In this document: piece by piece, positions 24,898 through 31,918 of the stretch
Layout: every line of letters starts with the position of its first letter
Numbering within the stretch: the stretch's first letter is position 1
From: Candidatus Nanosynbacter lyticus
GTDB taxonomy: Bacteria; Patescibacteriota; Saccharimonadia; Saccharimonadales; Saccharimonadaceae
Reading direction: 5' to 3'
Assembly: GCF_030253515.1 (NCBI RefSeq)
Contig: NZ_CP124549.1
Coordinates: forward strand, 150,001-182,000
DNA: 32,000 nt
Made by a program: the position numbers and the translations under genes
Notes under the pieces: model-generated
The model's database searches: none
What the model saw: the letters and a program-made list of their open reading frames with translations, nothing else
What the model was told of the DNA's origin: nothing

Positions 24898-25190
24898 GCG
24901 TGTGCCTGATGGAGTATATCTCTGATGGCGCCAACGCAAAATGAGCGGCTATCAACCGCGAAGCCTGCGGGAAGAAATCGGCTTTTTATCAGCTGAGATT
25001 AGACCCCGCCGTGGCTCGCTGCGACAAAGTGACAATTGAGTGCTAAAAGAGTGCGTGGGCGCCAGTGAACTTGGCAAAACCCACGGAAGAATCACTTCTT
25101 TTGGAATCGAGATGGTACCGTCCGCTTGAAACACCTCCAGCGGATTCTCGAAGTCAAGAGAGGTGATTTTTGTTTGTATAAGGAATAGCC

Positions 25191-25700
25191 ATGCCAATAC
25201 CAGCCCACAAGTCAGCCTTGCAGCACGCCATTCGCCACGAGTGTGCGGCGCTGTGGCCACTGCTCGAGGCAGCCGCTCCCTGGGCGGATGAGCTGGTGCT
25301 TCCGGGGCAGATAAAAGGCACGATGATGAATACTCACCAGCTAGCCAGCTATCTACTGGGGTGGGCTACCACGGTGCTAGAGTGGGGTAGTGTATATCAT
25401 CAGACTCATACGGTGCCGACGATTATTACCACTGGCTATGGTGCGGTAGCGCAAAAGTTCTATATGCAATATGCTGATATAGCGTATGGTGCCGTACTGA
25501 CAAAGCTTGATGAAACGGTGGCAGCGCTTGACCAACTGATCGAGCAGACATCAGAAGACGACCTCTACCGCGTCGTATGGTATCGGACGAAGACGAGTGG
25601 ACGAGAGTATACCATGGCACGGATAATTGAGCTCAACACAGTCGCGCCATTGCGAAATGCACACGGTAGGTTGCGCAAGGCTATGGAGGAGAGAGGATGA
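25191..25700 (+). CDS. ClbS/DfsB-family (DUF1706) four-helix-bundle protein
   Basis: KGTMMNTHQLASYLLGWATTVLEW, VAQKFYMQYADI and LNTVAPLRNAHGRLRK match my recollection of the ClbS colibactin-resistance protein family pattern. Length is ~170 aa. Confidence 0.7.
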   Translation: MPIPAHKSALQHAIRHECAALWPLLEAAAPWADELVLPGQIKGTMMNTHQLASYLLGWATTVLEWGSVYHQTHTVPTIITTGYGAVAQKFYMQYADIAYGAVLTKLDETVAALDQLIEQTSEDDLYRVVWYRTKTSGREYTMARIIELNTVAPLRNAHGRLRKAMEERG

Positions 25701-26221
25701 GCATTATACCGCAGGATAATCGCATTACGAGTTTTGTCATTGATCGGACGCATGATTATATCATGTATGATACGACTGATTTGGTGCGTGCGATAGGTTT
25801 TCCACGTCAGGTGGTGGGGTTGTTGCTCAAAGATGATGAATTCCATTTGTCGTTATTTGCGGTGCGTGAGGAGTACGGGTTCGATGAGGCCGGCTATGGA
25901 CGACTGGAACAAGTGTCGTGTCAAGCTGGTGCAGCAATGACCACAGAGCCAGAATTGACCGGTGATTTTCTTAAGCTAAAGGATGACGTGACTGGCCGTG
26001 AAACGATTATCGCGCTTGCTCAATGGGATGAACTAGAGACTTGGCGTGATGCAATTCGCAAGCTGATCCCGCAGGCGGAGTTTATCATTCCGCACATAAC
26101 GCTCTATACAAATCAGAAGGGTGCACTTGGGTATAGTGATCGGCATAGGGATCGAGTGCGAGTGCTGGATGATGCAGTGGTGATGACACTAAGAAATATA
26201 TTGTTAAGGAGTAAATTGTGA
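25697..26221 (+). CDS. 2H phosphoesterase superfamily protein (LigT/ThpR-like)
   Basis: Two H-x-(S/T)-x motifs, H50-L-S-L (EFHLSLFAV) and H133-I-T-L (IPHITLYT), lie 83 aa apart, which is the canonical 2H spacing. The start overlaps the upstream stop (ATGA). Confidence 0.6.
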   Translation: MSIIPQDNRITSFVIDRTHDYIMYDTTDLVRAIGFPRQVVGLLLKDDEFHLSLFAVREEYGFDEAGYGRLEQVSCQAGAAMTTEPELTGDFLKLKDDVTGRETIIALAQWDELETWRDAIRKLIPQAEFIIPHITLYTNQKGALGYSDRHRDRVRVLDDAVVMTLRNILLRSKL

Positions 26222-27006
26222 CCAACCAACAACAAGAATGGCTTGATTTTGCAAAAAGTGTAGCACACGAAGCGGGCGACATTATGTATCGATATTTCGG
26301 TAAAAAACCGGACGCTCATCTCAAGGCGGACAACACAATTGTGACTATTGCTGATGAGGAAATCAACCAGCTTGTGATCAAGCGAGTAGCTGAGCGATAC
26401 CCATCCCATGATATTGACGGTGAAGAAGCGAGTGCTCGCCGCGGTTCGGACTATGTGTGGGTATGTGACCCGATTGACGGTACGGCACCTTTTGCGATGG
26501 AGTTACCAGTATCGGTATTCTCGTTAGCGTTGGTGATTAATGGCCAGCCGGAAGTCGGTGTGATTTATGCGCCGTTTAGCGATCATTTGTATTGGGCGGT
26601 GCGTGGCCAGGGTGCGTTTATGAATAGTAAACAGATTTACGTGAATAAGAAGACTTTTGGTGGGATGACTGGGATGAACGTGGATTGGTGGCCGAGTGCA
26701 GAGTGGGATGTTATGCGGGTGATTCACAAGTTAGCGTATGAGAAGGGTGCATATGTCACGGCGCTAGGAAGCACGACGCACGCGGCAGCCTTAGTAGCGC
26801 GTGGTGGGTTTGTTGCGTCGGTCTTTGCTGGCACGAAGGGCAAAAATGTTGACATTGCGGCGGCGAAAGTCATCGTCGAGGAAGCTGGCGGTAAGGTGAC
26901 TGACCTCTTCGGCCGGGAGCAGCGGTATGATCAGGATATTTGCGGGGCGGTATTAAGTAATGGAATCGTTCATGAGGAGATAGTGGAGGCGATGAGGGAA
27001 CTATGA
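26218..27006 (+). CDS. Inositol monophosphatase-family phosphatase (IMPase/SuhB/CysQ-like)
   Basis: Motifs IDGEEA, WVCDPIDGT and VDIAAAKVIVEEAGG. GTG start with SD AAGGAG 7 nt upstream, overlapping the upstream stop (GTGA). Confidence 0.85.
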   Translation: MTNQQQEWLDFAKSVAHEAGDIMYRYFGKKPDAHLKADNTIVTIADEEINQLVIKRVAERYPSHDIDGEEASARRGSDYVWVCDPIDGTAPFAMELPVSVFSLALVINGQPEVGVIYAPFSDHLYWAVRGQGAFMNSKQIYVNKKTFGGMTGMNVDWWPSAEWDVMRVIHKLAYEKGAYVTALGSTTHAAALVARGGFVASVFAGTKGKNVDIAAAKVIVEEAGGKVTDLFGREQRYDQDICGAVLSNGIVHEEIVEAMREL

Positions 27007-27944
27007 TTGATAGCTTGAAACGGCAGCGCATGAGCTCTATTGCAAAAATCCGTAACACTCTCTCTGTTGGCTGGTCGCGCGAGACGTCCTATTTTGATAA
27101 TTGGTCGCCAAATAATCCAAGTGCTGGACAGTGTGCGGTCTCAGCACTTATATTGCAAGACCATTGTGGTGGTGAGATACGAAAGTGCATGGTGGCTGGC
27201 GCGCCTCATTATTTCAATATTATTAATGACCAGGTAGTCGATAGCACGGCGGGGCAATTTGATGGGGGTGAAATTGAATATCATACATCGGCGGTACGTG
27301 AAAAGGGGCGGATTCTGAGACATGCAGATACTCTTCAGCGATATGAGTTGTTGCACATGAGGGTGGTGCAATTTCTAGCGGAATTAGATCAGGTGGCTGA
27401 CGAGATAGCTAGCGTGGATTATGGATGTATGGGTGATGATTGTCTGCAGGAACAGACTATTTGGTTTGGGGACAATAATGACATTGTCATTATTGGCGAA
27501 GCACCGGCACGAACCGGCTGGGTGAAAAGTGGTGTTGCCTGGCACAATACAGACGGAAAGCTGCTGCCAAGTGGTGTGATAATGCAAAAACTCCTTTCTA
27601 TCCTTGATAAGGAGCTCCTGTCGGTGACCTTTTTAGAGGCGATCAAATGCTTTCCGTCAGATCGTCGTCACCTGAAGAAGCTGGCTCAGCTTTACCAGCC
27701 GACTCTCGAGCGGCAAATTAAGATCCTACGTCCAAAACTAGTGCTAACGATGGGAGCTATCCCAACGCAGATGCTGATCGATCGGCCGTTTCAGAGACTA
27801 ACCGACGTTGCAGGGAAGAGTTTTTCTGTTCATGGGACGCGAGTTATACCGATCTTTCATCCGTCACCAATATCGCCGCGTGGATACAAGGATAATGTGC
27901 CGATTTTTGAGATGATACAACGTAAAATATGGGAGGAAGTATAA
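27003..27944 (+). CDS. Fusion protein: N-terminal YunG-like domain plus C-terminal uracil-DNA-glycosylase-superfamily domain
   Basis: aa ~20-90, W..ETSYFDNWSPNNPSAGQCAVSALILQDHCGGEI....HYFNII...VVDSTAGQF, resembles B. subtilis YunG-type proteins. aa ~155-300 carry a UDG motif A-like IIGEAPARTG (aa 163-172) and motif B-like IFHPSPISP (aa 284-292). The start overlaps the upstream stop (ATGA). Confidence 0.6.
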   Translation: MIDSLKRQRMSSIAKIRNTLSVGWSRETSYFDNWSPNNPSAGQCAVSALILQDHCGGEIRKCMVAGAPHYFNIINDQVVDSTAGQFDGGEIEYHTSAVREKGRILRHADTLQRYELLHMRVVQFLAELDQVADEIASVDYGCMGDDCLQEQTIWFGDNNDIVIIGEAPARTGWVKSGVAWHNTDGKLLPSGVIMQKLLSILDKELLSVTFLEAIKCFPSDRRHLKKLAQLYQPTLERQIKILRPKLVLTMGAIPTQMLIDRPFQRLTDVAGKSFSVHGTRVIPIFHPSPISPRGYKDNVPIFEMIQRKIWEEV

Positions 27945-28124
27945 TGAGCAAAAACTGCTTGAAATACTGGACGAAGAGATTGTTGAGGATTCGCCAAAAG
28001 ATGCTCTGTGGGGCTGGGGTGAGAACCGTGATGGTTGCAATGAGCTGGGCAAAATACGGATGAAATTATGAAACGAGCTGAATAGTGAAAAGCATGTAAT
28101 GAATACAAATCAAGGAGGAAACCA

Positions 28125-31100
28125 ATGAAATTCAAACACGGAACACGCCGCCGAGCGGCAGAATATGAAAAGGATTGGGTACAGCGCTGGAAGGACGATC
28201 AGACGTTTGAAAAGTCGGTGGCGCAACGGTCAGCGGATAACGCCTACGTCTTTTATGATGGGCCGCCGTTTATCACTGGTGTGCCGCACCACGGAACGTT
28301 ACTGAGCTCAATCGTCAAGGACGCGGTGCCGCGCTACTGGACGATGAAAGGTAAGCGCGTGGAGCGCCGCTGGGGCTGGGACTGCCATGGCCTGCCGGCA
28401 GAGAATTTCGTCGAAAAGCAGCTGAATATCGTGGATCGGCGGCAGATTGTGACGAGTAGCGTTAAGCGAGTCAAGCTGGTAAATGATTTCGATAACGCAA
28501 CGAAAGTTATTACTAAAGTTGCTGGCTGGATGGAGCAGCGAGGCTATGGTAGCAGCAGCTGGGATGCCGACAACCTAACGCCAGATAAATTAAAAGAGGA
28601 ATTTGGGAGAGATAATTTTTATGTAGCTTACGATGACGATAAGTTAGTGGGGGGTGTCGTTATAAGTAATAAGGATATTTATAAGTTTTTTGCTGGCAAA
28701 AAGGATAATGACACGTCGGTTGGTTATCTTTATAAAATGGCGGTACTACCGGAATTCCAAGGGCAAGGTTATGCGGATGCAGTGTTAAAAGAAGCTTTTC
28801 GCTTAAGTAAGCAGGAAGGGGTCAAAGAGATTCGCATAGAGGTTGGCGAGCATCAACCTAAATTGGTGAATTTGTATGAGCGCAATGGATTTCAAAGAGT
28901 TGGTGAGCATATGTCTACCGAAACAGGGGCCAACTGGTTGCTATATAGTCTCGAAGTGAGTAGTTCTCCGGATCCTATGTATGGTCAACCATTACTGCCG
29001 GACAAAGACGGTAATCCTTTGCCAACCATCAGCCTGGAAAAATACATCACCAAGGCGCGCGAAAGCATGGTGGCGAATAGCGAAACGTGGCAGGGGGTGA
29101 TCGACCGCATCGGCCGGTGGGTGGACTTTGCGGGCGCCTACCGCACCATGGATAAGGACTTTATGGAGAGCGTCTGGTGGGCGTTTAAACAGCTGTACGA
29201 AGCCGGCAAAATCTACGAAGGCGAAAAAGTGCTGATGTACGACACCAAGTTCGCCACCCCTGTCAGTAAGGCTGAAGTGACCATGGACAACGACGCCTAC
29301 CAAACGGTGACCGACCCGAGTGTGTATGTGAAGTTTAAGTTGGTGGACGAAGATACTGCCATTCTCGCCTGGACCACCACGCCATGGACGCTGCCAGCTA
29401 ACTTGATGTTGGCGGTGAATCCGGAGATGACCTACTGCGAAGTGCTGGTCGATGGTGAGAAATTAATCATCGCCGAGGAGGCGCTGGAACGCACTTTGCA
29501 AGACGACAAGCACCAGCCGCTTGAGTACGACGTACTGCGGAAGTTTCCGGGTAGCGAGCTAGTGGGTAAGAAATACCAGCCGCTCGACACCGGCTCGACC
29601 TGGCCGCAGAATGATAAAATTCACACTATTTACGCGGCGGATTTCGTTTCGCACGAGTCGGGTACGGGTATCGTGCACATTGCGCCGGCCTATGGCGAGG
29701 ATGACTTTGAGCTTGGTAAAGCCAATGGTATCGCGCCTTTCCATGTGATTGATGATAATGGCTACTACACCGATACCAATTACAAAGGCCTGGAGGTGTG
29801 GGAAAATAATAAATTCATCGCCAAAGACCTGAAAGAAAAGGGTGTGGTGTGGAAGATTGAGTACATTCGCCACGAATATCCATTCAATCCGAGAAGCAAG
29901 CAGCGCATCATGTACCGGGCCATCCCAAGCTGGTTCTTCGACATCCAGGGGCAGAAGCCGCTGATGCTGGATGAGAACGAGCATATCAATTGGTTCCCGA
30001 GCCACCTCAAGCACGGTCGTTTTGCCAAAAATATCGAGCAAGCGCCCGACTGGAACCTGAGTCGCGACCGCTTCTGGGCGACGGCTATGCCGGTGTGGAA
30101 GGGCGACCGCGGCACGGTGAAGGTGGTTGGCTCGTATGCGGAGCTGAAGGAACTGAGCGGCGTGGAGCTGGATGATTACCACCGCCCGTGGGTAGATGAT
30201 ATCACCTTTACGATTAATGGCGAAACGTTCACGCGTATCGACAAGGTGCTGGACTGCTGGTTCGAGAGCGGCAGTATGCCGTTTGCCCAGCTGCATTATC
30301 CGTTCGAAAACCAGGCTCAGTTTGAGCAGAATTACCCAGCGGACTTCATCGTTGAGTATATTGGCCAGGTGCGGGCGTGGTTCTATTATGTGCACGTTGT
30401 TAACACTGCTCTGGCAGAAATCGGCGCTTTTGGCGAGGCGGGCGAGCAGCACAAAAATGCCTATAGCAACGTCATCACTACTGGCGTGGTGGCGGGCAAT
30501 GACGGCCGCAAGATGAGTAAGTCCTTAGGCAACTTTACTGACCCGAACGAGCTGATGGATAAATTCAGTGCTGATAGCTTACGCTTCCTGCTGCTGAGTA
30601 GTCCGCTACTGAACGGTGAAGACTTTGCCTTGCACGACAAGGACGTTGGTGACGTGGCGCGTAAGCTCAGTATGATCTGGAATATGTATGATTTCTTTAC
30701 GATGTATGCTGAAGTTGATGGTTGGGAATTTGACGGCGAGTTGGTTGATCCGCTGAGCGGTCGAGCGATATTCGGTGACGAAGGCTTTGCCTTTCCGGCA
30801 AAGCGAGGCCAAGAGCGCCAGCTGGATCAATTGGCGGCCGAGCGGCCTGAGGCAACGGATATCGCGACCGTAGCTAATGTAGTTACGAATCCGCTCGATA
30901 TCTGGATTATTAGCCGTTTGCACGAGCTGGTGGCTGAGGTCGAGAAGCAGGTGGATGCCTATAACATCCCTGATGCGCTGAGTCCGATTCTGCCATTCCT
31001 TGACGATGCATCGAACTGGTATGTGCGCCGCAGTCGCCGCCGCTTCTGGAGATCGTCGAAAGGGGCCGCGGGCGCTGAGGATGATGGTGATAAAAATGAT

Positions 31101-31802
31101 GCCTACCGCACGCTGCACTATGTGCTGGTGCGCTTGAGCTACATCTTGGCTCCATTTACGCCGTTTTTGGCTGAGGAGTTGTATCATAATTTGACGGGCG
31201 ACGATGAGTCGATTCATCTGAAGGATTGGCTGCCAGCGGGTGCGGTGAACGAGCAGGTTCTAGCCGACATGTCCCGTACGCGTGAATTGATCAACAATGG
31301 TCTTAGTTTGCGTATGAAACAGGATGAGCACCAAGCATCAATCAAGGTTCGCCAACCGCTGCAATGTGCGGCATATGCAGGCGTGAAACTGACTGGCTAC
31401 TATGAGCAAATCATGGCTGAGGAGCTCAATGTCAAGGAAATTCGCTGGATTGAGAATTTAGACGAGCACTTGGCTGATTATGACGTGACCGAGGGCGTGA
31501 TCAAGCCAGAGAATTGGATCGAAATTAGTAAGCACTTGACGCCCGAACTCAAACGCGAGGGCCTGATGCGTGAGGTCATTCGTCACGTGCAGAGTGCGCG
31601 CAAGAAGGCGGGATTGCAAGTGGACGATCGAATTACGCTGCAGCTGACGACGAATGACGAGCAGCTCCGCCAAGCGATTGATGAGCATGCTGAGGCGATT
31701 GCTACTGAGACGCTGGCGGTGTTTGGCGAGGTACATGACAATCAGTCGACAGTGACGGTTGAAGGGGCTGAGCTCGAGATTGCCCTTGCTGTTGTAAAAT
31801 AG
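28125..31802 (+). CDS. ileS: Isoleucyl-tRNA synthetase, type 2 (eukaryote-like), carrying an inserted GNAT domain
   Basis: PPFITGVPHHGT (HIGH region), WGWDCHGLP, TTTPWTLPAN (CP1 editing), WFESGSMPFAQ and KMSKSLGN. Perfect SD AAGGAGG precedes the ATG. At 1225 aa it is ~180-190 aa longer than the type-2 enzymes I know. Confidence 0.95.
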   Translation: MKFKHGTRRRAAEYEKDWVQRWKDDQTFEKSVAQRSADNAYVFYDGPPFITGVPHHGTLLSSIVKDAVPRYWTMKGKRVERRWGWDCHGLPAENFVEKQLNIVDRRQIVTSSVKRVKLVNDFDNATKVITKVAGWMEQRGYGSSSWDADNLTPDKLKEEFGRDNFYVAYDDDKLVGGVVISNKDIYKFFAGKKDNDTSVGYLYKMAVLPEFQGQGYADAVLKEAFRLSKQEGVKEIRIEVGEHQPKLVNLYERNGFQRVGEHMSTETGANWLLYSLEVSSSPDPMYGQPLLPDKDGNPLPTISLEKYITKARESMVANSETWQGVIDRIGRWVDFAGAYRTMDKDFMESVWWAFKQLYEAGKIYEGEKVLMYDTKFATPVSKAEVTMDNDAYQTVTDPSVYVKFKLVDEDTAILAWTTTPWTLPANLMLAVNPEMTYCEVLVDGEKLIIAEEALERTLQDDKHQPLEYDVLRKFPGSELVGKKYQPLDTGSTWPQNDKIHTIYAADFVSHESGTGIVHIAPAYGEDDFELGKANGIAPFHVIDDNGYYTDTNYKGLEVWENNKFIAKDLKEKGVVWKIEYIRHEYPFNPRSKQRIMYRAIPSWFFDIQGQKPLMLDENEHINWFPSHLKHGRFAKNIEQAPDWNLSRDRFWATAMPVWKGDRGTVKVVGSYAELKELSGVELDDYHRPWVDDITFTINGETFTRIDKVLDCWFESGSMPFAQLHYPFENQAQFEQNYPADFIVEYIGQVRAWFYYVHVVNTALAEIGAFGEAGEQHKNAYSNVITTGVVAGNDGRKMSKSLGNFTDPNELMDKFSADSLRFLLLSSPLLNGEDFALHDKDVGDVARKLSMIWNMYDFFTMYAEVDGWEFDGELVDPLSGRAIFGDEGFAFPAKRGQERQLDQLAAERPEATDIATVANVVTNPLDIWIISRLHELVAEVEKQVDAYNIPDALSPILPFLDDASNWYVRRSRRRFWRSSKGAAGAEDDGDKNDAYRTLHYVLVRLSYILAPFTPFLAEELYHNLTGDDESIHLKDWLPAGAVNEQVLADMSRTRELINNGLSLRMKQDEHQASIKVRQPLQCAAYAGVKLTGYYEQIMAEELNVKEIRWIENLDEHLADYDVTEGVIKPENWIEISKHLTPELKREGLMREVIRHVQSARKKAGLQVDDRITLQLTTNDEQLRQAIDEHAEAIATETLAVFGEVHDNQSTVTVEGAELEIALAVVK
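28455..28965 (+). other. GNAT (Gcn5-related N-acetyltransferase) domain embedded in IleRS (aa ~112-280)
   Basis: VGYLYKMAVLPEFQGQGYADAVLKEAFRLSKQEG contains motif A Q-x-x-G-x-A. KLVNLYERNGFQRVGE is also present. The DNA is AT-richer than the flanking ileS sequence. Confidence 0.8.
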
Positions 31803-31883
31803 TCATCACGATAAAGGTTGCGCCTCAAAACTAATGCGTGGCAAGCGTTTGTTCGGCTGCGCGCTGATCGGGCACTCATGACC

Positions 31884-31912
31884 TTGGCGATCGCCATGCA
31901 ACGCGGTACAAT
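31884..31912 (+). promoter_or_regulatory. Promoter TTGGCG-17-TACAAT, 6 nt upstream of ATG 31919
   Basis: TTGGCG at 31884-31889, 17-nt spacer, TACAAT at 31907-31912, GGGTCT, then ATG. This is the same layout as at ftsA, ROK and 24170. Confidence 0.4.
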
Positions 31913-31918
31913 GGGTCT

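Noticed and set aside
24898-25190. Assigning the structured intergenic region to tmRNA, RNase P RNA, SRP RNA or a cobalamin riboswitch
   Set aside because: There is no tRNA-like T-arm/ACCA end for tmRNA. There is no GGAAGCAGCC-type SRP motif. Only loose similarities exist to RNase P CR-I/CR-III (GGGAAGAAATCGG, GGCAAAACCCACGG), with no P4 pairing partner. The cobalamin-like strings (GGGAA, CCCGCCGTGG, GCCAGTG) are imperfect, and the downstream genes are not B12-related. The region is left unassigned.
24952-25260. 102-aa minus-strand ORF spanning the intergenic region and the 5' end of the ClbS-like gene
   Set aside because: It overlaps the start of a well-supported plus-strand gene, has no SD or promoter, and its product is low-complexity (Arg/Leu/Ser/Pro-rich).
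27945-28124. T-box riboswitch upstream of ileS (the string GGGGTGAGAACCGTG resembles the T-box GGGUGGUACCGCG)
   Set aside because: The UGGN that pairs with the tRNA NCCA end is not present. I can find no convincing Stem I/specifier loop with an Ile codon in context, no terminator/antiterminator pair and no anti-SD. The resemblance is probably chance.
28431-29012. The IleRS insertion as an intein, a mobile-element remnant or a separate gene
   Set aside because: It lacks an intein N-terminal Cys/Ser nucleophile, a C-terminal His-Asn plus Cys/Ser/Thr, and any homing-endonuclease motif. There are no stops, internal SD/start arrangement or terminal repeats. The reading frame is continuous with IleRS on both sides. 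A misassembly cannot be excluded from sequence alone and is listed as a check.
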